A stretch of 64,000 nucleotides of DNA from Macrostomum lignano (Eukaryota). The notes under the pieces were generated by a model. It did not search any database and was not told where the DNA came from. It saw only the letters and a program-made list of their open reading frames with translations. Shown here one piece after another: positions 1-12,751 of this stretch (position 1 is its first letter; each line of letters opens with the position of its first letter). The stretch covers positions 238,176 to 302,175 of the forward strand of contig NIVC01001376.1 of assembly GCA_002269645.1 (NCBI GenBank), written 5' to 3'. The position numbers were made by a program, and so were the translations under genes.

Positions 1-1171
1 GGTACAAGTGCACCCGGGCACAACACTATATAAACAACCAATGTCGTTGTTTGTCACAGCGATTTAATTTTAAATAGAAAAGGGAAGTCTATGTTAAGGA
101 CATTTAGGGGGAGAATGCCAGACATTCCTTTGTTATACCTTATATAATGGACGCTTGACGTTCCCACTACGGCCGACCAAGGTGCAGCTTCTAAGAATGT
201 TTCCCAAACTATGATCAAACCAGCAATGTTCTCAGTGAAGTCAAAAATCATGCTAATCCGTTTTTAAATCTACCGTGTTACTATCAGTAGTATTTTTAGC
301 AGTCTAATGTGGTAGCTCTTTAGCAGTCTAACTAATCATTTCGGTTTTATTATTATCTTAACCGTCAATCGTCTTCCCTTGCTTGCTGCCCAACTAACCT
401 ACTGTTTCTTAATCTTTCCGTTAACACAAGTAAAGTCTTGCAAAATTGCACGATTTCAAACATTCTGAGTGCATGTGCTCAACTGTTTGTCCGCTTCTTG
501 AACTTCTAATCGCCCCTCAGCCAACACCCAAAGAATACCGCCTGAGCCAACACCCTAACCCTAACACTTGGTTGTTGTTAGCTAATGAATCCCCTCTTCA
601 TTCATTATTATTTTTGGAATCTGACCGTTGCAGCAAATCTTCAGGTAATGTATGTAGTATCCAATCTTCCATGTATGCGGTTCAATTACCAGTTCCCATG
701 GAATCAGAAATGACGTATTAGACTGCTAACTCAAAGTAAAAAACGCTGATAACACAGTTCCAATTGTTGCAATATCGCGCAGTGCTTTTCCTGAATATCG
801 ACTGCAGATACGTTTTGTAACGTCTTCACCATGCATCGGATGCTTATCTACTTAAACAGATGCTCAGGGCTATAAGCAGAGCCATGCCGCACCAAGCCAT
901 GCGAATTAATTGCCACACAAAATGCTTCCGTTGTTTCACTCTGCAAGTGCAATGCAGGCTCGGAGGACCTATAAGAAGGAACCTCACTTGCACCAGCTCT
1001 AACCAGAAGCTGCTGTTAACTCTCCTGTGGCGATTTATTCAGCTTTATCAAATTAATGTCATATGAATTAGAGACGCCACAGCTATTGATAATTGAAGCT
1101 GCTTTAGATAACTGATTTCCTGTCTTATCTCCCCTCTCTCATTTCTCATCATTTCTCATCTCTCATTTCTT

Positions 1172-1590
1172 TGAGGGTCAGTCAAAAAGTAATGATAATA
1201 TTATTGTCACGAGCTTCAAGCTTCACGCACTAATCTACTTTTCTACATAATCCTCCTCCAGGGTCAGGCACTTCTCCATGCGGTGTCGCCATCTCTCCAG
1301 GCCATTCGTGTAGAAGGCAGGCGCTGCGCAGCAAGCCACTGTACGGTAGCCTTCTTGGCAGCCTCCTTGCTTTCATGTCGAACTCCCTTGATCGCCTCCT
1401 TCAGCTTTGGAAACAAAAAAAGTCTGAAGGAGCCAAATCAGGGCTGTACGAAGGATGCTGAAGTATTTCCCAGCGGAAATCTCGTAGAGTCTCCCGGCAC
1501 AGTCGAGAAGTGTGGGCTGGTGCATTGTCGTGGTGGAAGAGCACTCCACGGTGCAGCTTGCCAGGTCGCTTTTTGGCCAGTTTTAAAAAA
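1172..1590 (-). mobile_element. mariner (DD34D) transposon 3' end: C-terminal transposase fragment plus right TIR
   Basis: Manual minus-strand translation of 1590->1235 gives KKRPGKLHRGVLFHHDNAPAHTS..WEILQHPSYSPDLAPSDFFLFPKLKEAIKG..(frameshift ~1322)..RWRHRMEKCLTLEEDYVEK*, including the mariner YSPDLAPSD motif. TIR-like GAGGGTCAGTCAAAAAGTAATG starts at 1173. Absent from the ORF track because it has no start codon. Confidence 0.85.
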
Positions 1591-2492
1591 GTTGGTATTT
1601 GTTTTTACGTGTAAAAAGACACAATCCTACTTATAGTAGAATGAAAAGTCAGTTCATTGATTTTTGTCGCGCGCTATTTTAGGTTCGCCGAGGAAGTCGC
1701 GACGCGACGGTTGGTTGCCTTGAGCCTGAGCTTGAGCTTGATCTTGAGCCTGGGCTTGAGCTTTTTGGTATGGTGGCGGTGGCGGTGGCAAATCGATGTT
1801 ACCGATGTTGCGAGTCTGCAGAGTGACTGCTCCTTGCTCGTCGTAGTTTCTTTGGCGTGCTAGTTGTTGTTTGAATCGTCTTAATTTTTGGATGAATCTT
1901 TCGGTCTTCTTTAGCACTTCTTCTAAAGCGCCTAGGAGAACCTCGCCGTTCATTGACGAAATATGGTTTCGGGCTTTAGGGCTACTAAGACATCTCTATA
2001 AAGCGCAGCTGTCATCTGCGCCGTAGCACGCCTAGCTCTAACTGTGGCAAGGCCAGACATTTTCCAGTAAATTTGTGAAAAGCCCAGCGCAGCGACTAAA
2101 AATATCTACCCAATATATAAGGCTGCAGAAACATAGAGAGACAACTTTCCGTTTTGAGAACGATAGAGGACAGAAGGGACAATAGGAACAATGGAGATTG
2201 TACGGAGGGATGAAATTTGTTGTACAAAGGGATGAGGACAGTCACACAAAGAAATGTAATCCTTTTTGTCAGAATTCTGAGTAGATATCGGAAATTTGCC
2301 ACGTTTCTGCAAATTTCCTTCAAGCTGACAGATATTTGACGCATTATAACACACATATTTTATGTTTTTGTTGACGTTTATTTTCCTACTCGTCATTTAC
2401 TATTAGTAGTTTTTCAATCCTATTCGCTCTCAAAAAAGCTATTATTCTCTGAACTACCAATGCTTCATTCTTCCCAATCATAATCATTTAAA

Positions 2493-2911
2493 TATAAAGA
2501 GTTCGGTATAGTTAATATTACTAGCGAAGGAGAGTATATTAGCAACGTATGGTTCAGCAGCTACATCTGTCAGTCCTGGACGATTTACTATACTCGTAGC
2601 ATAAGAAATCTTACTGTCTTAGTATGAATGCGTACGCTGATGATCGGCTCTGATTATAACTATTGTATCTCACGTACATGCTAAGTTGATCTACGTCCAA
2701 GGCTGCCACACGCTTACAGAAAAGACTAGAACTTACATGTTTAAATTATGAGTCGCCTTTCTTGGAAACGGAAAGAAAATTAACAGAAACGTAATATTAG
2801 AATCCTAGAATAAATTGCGCACATAATTCAAACAGCTAAGGATCTGAATAAAGTTAAAATACACCATGTAAATAAACTAAATTTGAAATACAGAATTTTT
2901 AAACCGTTACA
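2493..2911 (-). mobile_element. solo LTR (~420 bp), copy 1
   Basis: Reverse complement of 51870-52290. Begins TGTAACGG on the minus strand and the other end is decayed (TTATA for TTACA). Flanked by the 4-bp duplication TAAA (2489-2492 and 2912-2915). Strand label is relative. Confidence 0.7.
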
Positions 2912-3387
2912 TAAATATTCTGCAATTTGTTAAATTAATTCGTCTAGCTCTTGAATTTCTTCAATGTCTAGTGGATAAAGTTGTATCTCGGTACGATCTC
3001 GAGATTTTATTGGAAAAGTGTGAAGATATGGAGGACATTTATTTGCTCCATAACTGTCTATTAATTTCCTATATTCGTACAACATAGAATTAATTTCGGC
3101 GAACATTTTATCTCGTCTTTTAGCATCCGTCAGAAAATTTCACAAAATCATTGAAATATCTTTGGTGTAGTTTACCAGTAATGTTTGGATTTCTAACTTC
3201 CATTTTTGCAATAAAAAATCAATAGTTGTGGGAGTTTTACTCATTCATCTTCGGTAACTTAAAATGCGTTTTACAAAATCCTGAAAAGTTTTACTTAATA
3301 TCGTTCATTTGAAATAAGTTTTCAGTTGCCCTAAAACATCAATTTTATTATTGGAAGTTTAGGGTTAAGAGTACTATTTATAATATC

Positions 3388-3755
3388 TTATAAATGCTTA
3401 TAAGATATTAAACGAGTGTATGCGTAACTTACTTCATTGGAGGTTGCCGGTACAGCGTCGGCAGCTTCGGCAGCTAAGTCCGCGTCCATTGTTATAGCCG
3501 CGGCAGATTCTGGAAGCCTTTCAAGCGGCAAGGCTGGGTTAAGATTTAGTTTGGGCCGGATGTCATTAAAGGCCAAAAACTGCAGCCCCTCGAGCCTATC
3601 ATATGCCCTTGCCCTCGCCTCAGCTACGGCTACCTGGCCTACAACAAATGCTTTGCCGAAATGGCGAATGACTCGATCCAAGTTGGCTGTATGCTTCGAG
3701 CGTGACGAAGAAGGGTGGCGGCCCGATTGGTTGAATAGTCACACATCGGGCAAAT
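3388..3755 (-). pseudogene. degenerate ORF with a C2H2-like finger (CPMCDYSTNRAATLLRHARSIQ)
   Basis: Finger read manually from 3752 down. It is in a different frame from the 3388-3681 ORF, and its last His is replaced by Gln. Confidence 0.35.
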
Positions 3756-4008
3756 AAACTGGTCAGCTGGCATATTGAATGAAATTTATTTTCAACTCGA
3801 ACTTGTTTCTTTTTCGATTAAATAGTCAGTACTATTTCTGCACAGTAGATATGTTCCAAAAAGATGTCTCATATGTCTCATTGTCTTAAAACGGAAAGTA
3901 CGAGTTATAAACTCGTATAACTGAATTTCCCTAATCTCCGTTGAAGCTTTATAATAATAAGCCCACAACCTTTTTTTCGCGCAGCTCTTGAATTTCACCC
4001 GCAGGACA

Positions 4009-4311
4009 ATGTCTCACATGGTGCAGGTTCATCCAAAGATTTCCTGTTGAATCTGCAATGCTTGGACAGGACGCGCGTCTGGTTTCAAGGTACATTGCCG
4101 TCGAAAGCACTCTGATGCCACTGAAAAGCAAATTGATGCCACAATCCGCCTTTTTGGACTCTTAAAGGCGAAGAAGCCAACCGAATCGGGTTACCTCTAT
4201 CAGTGTCCTGTTTGCAGTGTTATCACCTCGAATTTACCAAACCATGTTCGGGTAAAACATGAAAAGCAATCTAAGACAAACGGAAAGTCGCAAGCTACCC
4301 ATTTAACTTAG
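4009..4311 (+). pseudogene. multi-C2H2 zinc-finger pseudogene fragment
   Basis: A single frame reads MSHMVQVH..C*ICNAWTGRASGFKVHCRRKH..YQCPVCSVITSNLPNHVRVKH..*, with one internal TGA at 4048-4050. Confidence 0.55.
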
Positions 4312-5732
4312 ACGACGCTAAAGAGAACGCTGAAATTATAATTTCCAAACTGAAATCACTAGCCGCCAGGAATCCCTCCGAAAAGTGTGCCGATTCACAG
4401 CTCTCCGGTGCAAGTGTTTTATGTTCTAACATTTTCGATTGCCCTGACAGCCATTGTAAATGCACCTGCCACAGTTTTAATGTAACTACGTTGGACAAAG
4501 GTTTTAATCACTTGTTTATTCCAGCTTCTCCGAGCGCTTCGTCGCAACAAACTCCAAATCCGCCAATTCCGGATTCCGTTTCACTTCTCGATTTGCTTTG
4601 TGCTTGAGTGACTGAGAACTTCATGCTAGTATGCAAAAATCTAGACTGTAATTCATTATCAAGTCCGTTAGAGTATCACCCAACCTTGCAAATAAACACT
4701 TGCCTTGATCTGTTTAGCTGCCTTTTATTTTTGTCCTGAGACTACGAGCGTAACATGCCTTATTTGCTTTCCTATTTCCTTATTTACGTAAATGGTAGCA
4801 TTAAATTAAGTATGGTATAGTGATAGTATATAAAGTTATTTAGTGTCTTGTGATGAAGTACCTACTGCCTCGATGGCCTAAGTAGTAATAGAAAATTACG
4901 TCCATACCCTATTTTTCAATTACATAACACGAAATAAGGTACCCGTAGGAAATTTTATTACGTACATACCTTATTTTTCTATTAAAAATCAAATGATAAG
5001 GTACCGAACCAAATGGTAGGGTATTCTACAGGAAATCTAACTACACTGCCTGCACCCACAAAGAACGAAAGAAAGAATCGCAATAAATTGCGGGAGTCAA
5101 ATTTTTGCGGTCAACTTTATGCTCCCTCAAGCCACCCAAACGCAGATCAGAGCAGCGCGCACACACACACATCAAATAAAGCCAGTTCTGCGCTACACTC
5201 ACCCCATAACACAGTCTTCTCTACCCCTAATCAGCGAAGTCTTACTACACAATCCACGGCGCCATGCACCCACATAGAACGGTGGAAGAACGGATCTCAA
5301 TTTTCATCAACGGACTTTTGCTCGTCAGTAATTCATTGGATATCCCCAAACCTTTACTGAGTTTTAATCCCGTTATTATTCCCCCTTTGTGAAATCATGG
5401 ATTAATCTCCCCCGTCTTAGAAAATAAATAGAACGAATTTTTTTTTCGGCTATTCTACAGGAATTTCAACTTCACTGCACGGTACCCACAAAGAATTCAA
5501 AAGAAAAAAATATCTCAAGTCCGATCGACCGACCAACTTCTTCAAGAACGCACTTTCAGTATATTTCTAAAGCAAGCGAATCAAAATATTCCCCGACTCT
5601 TCGTCCATGGTGCCCCCTAACCCGCCTGCTACGCACCCAAACCGCAACCCAATGCCTACTAGGAAGATTCGAAGTGTCTGTATTCGCCCCAAAGAAATAG
5701 TCTTTACCATCTTAAGGTAATGGTCCAAACGT

Positions 5733-6480
5733 TTAAGGGCGACGCACGCGCGGCGGAGCGCGCATGTATATCATCTTAAAACTATTCTCAGTTTTGTCCA
5801 CCCGGAAGTAGGCCACACTGCTAATGGTCACGGAGCCGTTGGACTCCAAGTGGCGGCAGTAGCCGGCACCGTCCAAAGAACTGCAGCGCCAGCCGTTGGA
5901 TGGCAGTCCCCACGCCGTCCCCCCGTTCGCGGGTACCCCCGGTCCGTGTGGTTCGCGCAGATTAATCCCCTCCGCCGTACACGCCGTCCGGATGTCGTCA
6001 CTCCGGGCGTTCGTCATCACCCGCCGCGGCGAATAAGCAGTCGCCACGCATACGGCCCTGGCCACGGTGTCAAGCACATGCGTTTCTAAGCACGCTGAGC
6101 GCTGGCGGTCTGGCAGGGCCGCAGATCGCAGGACGGTTCTCATGGAGTTGAAGGCCGCCAAAGCGAGTCTACGGCGACACCTCAGGTCGTCGAAGGCGTC
6201 AACCAGGCCGCCAAGGTACACGAACTGCTGAACGCGCGGCAACAGCGTTGCCTGCCCATCAGCGCCTCGGCAGTAGATGTCTGCTTGGATGTTGGTGGGC
6301 ATGGTGAGCACGACGGTCTTTTGCGTGTTGATCACCAGGCCGACGCTCGCAGCAACGCCAACCAGACGGTCCAGCTGACGTTGGGCGCCCTCGACGGTTG
6401 AGGACAGCAGGGCGAGATCATCGGCGTAGCCCAGGATGCTGAGGCGACGCTTTGGCTTGCGGCGGCCCACTCGGCGTTGC
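5733..6480 (-). mobile_element. 5'-truncated non-LTR retrotransposon RT fragment (RTE-like)
   Basis: LGYADDLALL..GLVINTQKTVVL..VQQFVYLGG corresponds to RT domains 5-7. It is a GC-rich island in AT-rich flanks and degenerates after the RT. Confidence 0.8.
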
Positions 6481-6855
6481 AGCAGGATAACTTTATGTAC
6501 AATTCAGAACGGGTCAATTATGGATGGAATGTGCTTATCTGTTGTCGCAAGATGCAATAACTCGCTAAGCACCTCCGCCAAGTATCAGAACGTCGAGTGG
6601 CGAAAACACGGCTAGCCAGCCAGGCTGCTGGGGTGCTGAAATTGAACTCAATTGGTTGCATTGAACAGCATTCCTAAGTACTATCCTGCCAAGCCTACTG
6701 GCTGATTATGACACTTTTCTGAAACATCTACCACTGAGCTCTACTGTTGTAAACTCTATGGTATGATCATTAAATAAGGAAGAAGTTGAAGCGCAAGATT
6801 TTCAATCTGCGCTTGAAGATTGGGCTGGGCAGAACCCTCGGGCCGATTAATTTAT

Positions 6856-7175
6856 TACTACATTATTAAATTATTACATTAATACATTATTAAATTAATA
6901 CAGTATTACATTATTACATTATTAAACATTATTACATTACATTATTACATTATTACTAATTTATTAATTTATTATTAATTTATTATTTAAATTACTTCAA
7001 TTATTAAATTATTTAAATTGTTTAAATTATTAAATTAATAAAATTAAATTATTAAATTAAATATTAAATTACATTAAAAAATTAAATTAAATTAAATTAC
7101 ATTAAAAAATTAAATTAAATTAAATTAATAAATCAAATTAATAAATTATTATTTAATTATTTCAATTATTAATTC
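6856..7175. repeat. AT-only low-complexity tract (TTACA/AAATT-type units)
   Basis: About 320 bp composed almost entirely of A and T short repeats. Confidence 0.9.
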
Positions 7176-7192
7176 CGACCCAATGGTTCATA

Positions 7193-7325
7193 TCTGATTG
7201 TAGTGAAAGTTTGTCTGTCTGTCTGTCTGTCTGCTTGTCTAAATAATTAATTTCAAATGTCTTAAACAGTAAATTTTTTATTCATCTATATCTATCTATA
7301 TATACAAACTTTCCCTACAATCAGA
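7193..7325. mobile_element. small element: 22-bp inverted repeats around (TCTG)n, Helitron/HINE-like
   Basis: TCTGATTGTAGTGAAAGTTTGT (7193-7214) is the reverse complement of ACAAACTTTCCCTACAATCAGA (7304-7325) at 21/22 positions. (TCTG)n follows the left arm. Confidence 0.5.
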
Positions 7326-7344
7326 TTTGTAGCCCAGCCCAAAC

Positions 7345-7458
7345 AGTACAGTACACAGTACAGTACAGTACAGTACAGTACAGTATTAAGCTCAAAGTAG
7401 CCGCAGCCGGCCGCTCCGCAGCCGCCTCAGCCGGCAAGCGGTGGCGGCGGCGGCGGTG

Positions 7459-7498
<40 letters not shown>

Positions 7499-7502
7499 GG
7501 GC
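7345..7502. repeat. (CAGTA)n and (GGC)n microsatellites
   Basis: Directly visible at ~7345-7386 and ~7437-7502. Confidence 0.9.
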
Positions 7503-7766
7503 GGATGCGGCCCCCTTCTTGATTAGTAACAATGTCCATCTGGAAAAGAAATCAGACGTGTGAGTGGAAAAGGACCATTTCTTTGGGCCATCTTTAAAAT
7601 ATAATGATGAATTGCGACCTTACAACATTATGCTAGTGTATGTCCCTAAACTATAGTGCACATGTTCCCCTCATACTACTTTTAGTATCCTACTAGAGAT
7701 CCTACTATCTACTATCTACTAGTAGGATACTATCCTACTATCTACTATCTGCTGTGTATGATTTAT

Positions 7767-8126
7767 GACACTGAGAATAGATTTGGGACACTGAGAATAG
7801 ATTTAATAGATACTGAGAATAGATTTGAGACACTGAGAATAGATTTGGGACACTGAGAAATGATTTAAGACACTGAGAATAGATTTAAGACACTGAGAAA
7901 TGATTTATGACACTGATAATAGATTTTAGACACTGAGAATAGATTTGGGACACTGAGAATAGATTAATTACACAGAGAATAGATTGGGGTTACTGAGAAT
8001 AGATTTGGGACATTGAGAATAGATTTGAGACACTGAGAATAGATTTAGGACACTGAGAATAGATTCAGGACACTGAGAATAGATTTGCCATACCAAGAAT
8101 AGATTCAGGACACTGATAATAGATTG
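7767..8126. repeat. 20-bp tandem repeat GACACTGAGAATAGATTTGG, ~18 copies
   Basis: Directly visible. Variation is concentrated in the last few bases of the unit. Confidence 0.92.
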
Positions 8127-8133
8127 GGATACG

Positions 8134-8597
8134 AAGAATTAGCTGTTAGACACAGATAGATAGGGGATTAGATAGTGGGATTAGATAGATTAGATAGGGG
8201 ATCTAGACCTAATATATGTACAGCCTATAAAGAACTGCATATATTTTATACTCGTAACTAAATGCACATAGCTTAAACTCACTATATATAACTTATAACT
8301 AAGCAAATATTGATTATTGTGGAGCTTATTATCAACCTTAGTTCTAGGAAATGGAGCAATTTTAAAGTTCAAAATACCAAGAATTAGCTGTTGGACACAT
8401 ATATAGATAGGGAATTAGATAGTGGGATTAGATAGATTAGATAGGGGATCTAGACCTAATATATGTACAGCCTATAAAGAACAGCATATTATCTCATTCT
8501 CGTAACTAAATGCACATAGCTTAAACTCACTATATATAACTTATAACTAAGCAAATATTGATTATTGTGGAGCTTATTATCAACGTTAGTTCTAGGA
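8134..8597. repeat. direct duplication of ~216 bp (8134-8349 and 8379-8597)
   Basis: Both copies run AAGAATTAGCTGTT...GTTCTAGGA with few differences. Confidence 0.9.
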
Positions 8598-8825
8598 CTA
8601 GCAATCTACGCCCCCCGTTGGGGAGCCAAAGAAATGCAATACACGTTTTTTTAATAAGCTACATGTATCCTTGAAATCTTAAAAAAATCTCCTGTCAAAC
8701 CTTGTAAGCCTTGACATGTCAGTAATTCCCCCCCCCCCCACAAGCTTTAACATATCAACTTCCCCCCTTGACATCTCAGCAATGCCCCAATAAGCCTTGG
8801 AAATCTAAAAATATCTGTCAACCTT

Positions 8826-8867
8826 CTAACCCTAACCCTTGCCCTAACCCTAACCCTAACCCTAACA
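8826..8867. repeat. interstitial (CCCTAA)n
   Basis: About 6-7 imperfect units inside the Helitron. Confidence 0.8.
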
Positions 8868-9769
8868 TAACATTGAAATTTCAGTAATCCTCTCTAAGAG
8901 TAATTATAGCACTACTACAGCATTATAGCGATTCCCTGCAAGCCTCGACATCGTAGGGATTCCCAAATGAATCTCTTAACTTCGACATGAAGCTTGTTTT
9001 ATTTTTTACATTACGCTTTTTTTATCAGCGATCCCTTCCCTGAGGAGGCATCAAATAATGTAATAAAAAGTTTTCAATAAACTACATGTAGCTTCTGACT
9101 TTAGCCTTGAAGTCTCATTTATACCCCCGTGAGCCTTGACATCTCAGCTATTCCCCCCCATAAACCTTGAAATCTAAAAAATCCCCTGTTATTCTGTTAA
9201 CCTTGAAACCCGATAAAATATAACCCTCAACCCACACCTGACCTAAACCTAACTTTAACCCAACCTAAAGCCTTGAAATCTCAGCAATTCTTCTCCCCTA
9301 AGCCTTGAAATTTTAGTGATTCCTTCTTTAAGAATCACAGCACTATAACGATTTCCACCAAGCTTTGACATCGTAGCAATTCCCAAACGAGTCTTTTAAC
9401 TTCGACATGTCTTTTATTTTATGTATACATAGTGCTACTTTTATTTTTTACATGACTCTTCTATCAGCGCCCCCCGTGGCGAGCCAACAAAGAATGCAAT
9501 AAAAAAATTGAGTAAAGTACATGAACTTTGAAGTAGCTTCTGACTATTGCTTTGACATCTCAGAAACCCCCCTCGTAATCTTACGAGCGTAGTTATTCTC
9601 TGAGAGCCTTTACGTCTCAGTTTTTCTCCACAGCACAGCATTATAGCTGCATTTAATTTTTACATGACACCCTTCATGTCTGACATGACGCTTCTTTTAT
9701 TCTACCATGATGCTTCTTAATTTTTTAAATGAAACTTTCATTAGTTTTTAAATGAGGCTTCTATGACAT

Positions 9770-11527
9770 TTTTCTTGACGCTTCTATGATTTTTATATGA
9801 CGCTTCTATGATTTTTTACATGACGCTTCTCTAATTTTTTACATGACGCTTCTATGATTTTTTACATGACGCTTCTATGATTGTTTACATGACGCTTCTA
9901 TGATTTTTTTTAAATGACGCTTCTATGATTTTTAAATGACGCTTCTACGATTTTTTACGTGATGCTTCTCTGATTTTTTACATGACGCTTCTATGATTTT
10001 TTAAATGACGCTTCTATGATTGTTTACATGACGCTTCTATGATTGTTTACATGACGCTGCTATGATTGTTTACATGACGCTTCTATGATTCTTTACATGA
10101 CGCTTCTATGATTTTTATATGACGCTTCTACGATTTTTTACATGACGCTTCTATGATTGTTTACATGACGCTTCTATGATTTTTTAAATGACGCTTTTAT
10201 GATTTTTATATGACGCTTCTACGATTTTTTAAATGACGCTTCTATAATTGTTTACATGACGCTTCTTTGATTTTTTACATGGCGCTTCTATGATTGTTTA
10301 CATGACGCTTCTATGATTTTTTACATGGCGCTTCTATGATTGCTTACATGACGCTTCTATGATTGTTTACATGACGCTTCTATGATTTTTTACATGACAC
10401 TTCTATGATTGTTTACATAACGCTTCTATATTTTTTTACATGACACTTCTATGATTGTTTACATGACGCTTCTATGATTGTTTACATGACGCTTCTATGA
10501 TTTTTTTAAATGACGCTTCTATGATTTTTAAATGACGCTTCTACAATTTTTACGTGACGCTTCTCTGATTTTTTACATGACGCTTCTATGATTTTTTAAA
10601 TGACGCTTCTATGATTGTTTACATGACGCTTCTATGATTGTTTACATGACGCTGCTATGATTGTTTACATGACGCTTCTATGATTCTTTACATGACGCTT
10701 CTATGATTTTTATATGACGCTTATACGATTTTTTACATGACGCTTCTATGATTGTTTACATGACGCTTCTATGATTTTTTACATGACGCTTCTCTAATTT
10801 TTTACATGACGCTTCTATGATTTTTTACATGACGCTTCTATGATTGTTTACATGACGCTTCTATGATTTTTTTTAAATGACGCTTCTATGATTTTTAAAT
10901 GACGCTTCTACGATTTTTTACGTGATGCTTCTCTGATTGTTTACATGACGCTTCTATGATTTTTTACATGGCGCTTCTATGATTGCTTACATGACGCTTC
11001 TATGATTGTTTACATGACGCTTCTATGATTTTTTACATGACACTTCTATGATTGTTTACATGACGCTTCTATGATTTTTAAATGACGCTTCTACAATTTT
11101 TACGTGACGCTTCTCTGATTTTTTGCATGACGCTTCTATGATTTTTTACATGACGCTTCTATAATTGTTTACATGACGCTTCTATGATTGTTTACATGAC
11201 GCTGCTATGATTGTTTACATGACGCTTCTATGATTCTTTACATGACGCTTCTATGATTTTTATATGACGCTTCTACGATTTTTTTACATGACGCTTTTAT
11301 GATTGTTTACATGACGCTTCTATGATTTTTTAAATGACGCTTCTATGATTGTTTACATGGCGCTTCTATGATTTTCATATGACGCTTCTACGATTTTTTA
11401 CATGACGCTTTTATAATTGTTTACATGACGCTTGTATGATTTTTTACATGGCGCTTCTATGATTGTTTACATGACGCTTCTATGATTTTTTACATGACGC
11501 ATCTATGATTTTTGCATGACGCTTCTT
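9770..11527. repeat. 21-bp minisatellite (consensus CATGACGCTTCTATGATTKTTTA), ~80 copies with higher-order duplications
   Basis: Directly visible. Variant GCTGC/ATTCTTT units recur at ~10057, 10652 and 11202, and the CGTGATGCTTCTCTG variant recurs at ~9958 and ~10921. Confidence 0.95.
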
Positions 11528-11591
11528 TTTAAAAAGTCTTTTAGTTTTCCTGACGTTGAAAAGCTTTAATAAAAAAAATTATACTCTATGA

Positions 11592-11650
11592 AAATTCGAA
11601 CCATCGTCGCTGCATTTAGCAGTTGAGTTTGTTCACCTCTAGGCTAGCTC
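11592..11650 (-). other. tRNA-derived (SINE-head-like) Pol III A/B-box remnant
   Basis: The minus strand reads GAGCTAGCCTAGAGGTG...GATGGTTCGAATT: an A-box-like TAGCCTAGAGG and a B-box GGTTCGAAT at tRNA-like spacing. Confidence 0.4.
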
Positions 11651-12107
11651 TCATCGTTTTGATAGCATCAAATTTTGCACTTATATATATAATTCAACAG
11701 TTTAAAATCCAAACATAGAGTAAATCACACGAAGCAGTTATGACATAATCAATTTCTTAGTCAGTCAGTATCAGTTAACAATATGGTTACGCAATTTAAA
11801 TCAAGTCTGGTGCTACGCTTCCACACTGCATTTTCAATTCAAGTCGGAGTTGCAATTCAGTGATGATGCAATCTATTTCAGAATCAGAATTCAACCAGTC
11901 AGTTTTTTCTCTAGCATTCTTACAATGCATTTCAAGTCGAAAAGTTTGCTTGACCTTTGCAAAAAAGCATGTTTTTTCGAATATTTAATGCCTTTAGCAT
12001 CGAGCAATTTCTTAGCCACGATGCATGTACAGTCACGGGAAAATTTCTGATCGGACAGTGCAACTTCGAACAAAATCGGTCCAGCCATTTTTTCTCTAAT
12101 CGATCAC

Positions 12108-12150
<43 letters not shown>
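12108..12150. repeat. (GATA)n microsatellite
   Basis: Directly visible. Confidence 0.95.
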
Positions 12151-12152
<2 letters not shown>

Positions 12153-12751
12153 CACAGACAGACCATTTTTGTATTTTGTTTGAATTGCAAGCATTCAAAC
12201 ATACAAACCTTAGAGATTTAGTATATTTACTAGAGCGTTATGGACATTCATTCAAGCATACAAATATTAGAGATTTAGTATATTTAGATATAGATATCGA
12301 ACAATTTTAAAGTTCAAAATGCCACCCGCTGTTTGTGCAAGCGGCATTCACAATTTAAGCCAGGGCCAAAGAAGTGCAAGGAAGTGCCACTGGGATACAA
12401 TGGCACTGGCGATGCAATGGATAAATAATCAGCGGTTCCAGTGCGTGACAACGATTGTCTGGCGAGCGCCGGTAGGCGCGAGCCATAGACAAATCGTTGT
12501 CACGTGCTGCGACCGCTGATTCTTTGCATTGTTTTTCTGTTTGACGATCCTACAGACGATGCATTGTTTGTAGTAATGGATTGTTCTGCACTAAAAATGT
12601 GAATAATGATCGTCAAATTGCTAAACAATGGCACTGGTAGTGCAAGGAGGCGCCAAAAAGGGGGCATCCGGGGCATTTTGGAGTCCTTAAAGGAGAAGGC
12701 ACTATACCCTTGCTTAGAGGTGCTTAAGGGGGTGAACACGTGACGCCCACG

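Larger units (their letters stand above)
8598..12294 (-). mobile_element. non-autonomous Helitron (~3.7 kb)
   Basis: The minus-strand 3' end is a GCTCCCC-AAC-GGGGGGC hairpin (8626-8610), an 8-nt spacer, then CTAG|T (8601-8597). The 5' end reads A|TCTATATCTAAATATACTAAATCTC at 12294. (GATA)n, GACA and AAAATCGGTCCAGCC lie near the 5' end. A fragment of the same 5' motif recurs at 17078-17098. Confidence 0.7.

Noticed and set aside
1654-1953. PPPPPPY late-domain gag-like ORF
   Set aside because: The motif derives from (CCA/CCG)n and (GCTCAA)n microsatellites, and there are no other gag or LTR features.
7321-7539. Poly-Arg ORF
   Set aside because: It is a translation of the (GGC)n and (CAGTA)n microsatellites.
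8826-8867. (CCCTAA)n as a telomere or chromosome fusion point
   Set aside because: It has only ~7 imperfect units and lies inside the Helitron.
7767-11527. 20-bp and 21-bp arrays, and the 70-bp palindromic array at 30728-30958, as CRISPR arrays
   Set aside because: There are no unique spacers, the units are head-to-tail, no cas genes are present and the context is eukaryotic.
11891-12088. Glutaredoxin-like ORF (DCTCIVAKKLLDAKGIKY)
   Set aside because: It has CxC rather than CxxC, no downstream TVP/GG motif, and lies in non-coding Helitron sequence. Probably chance.
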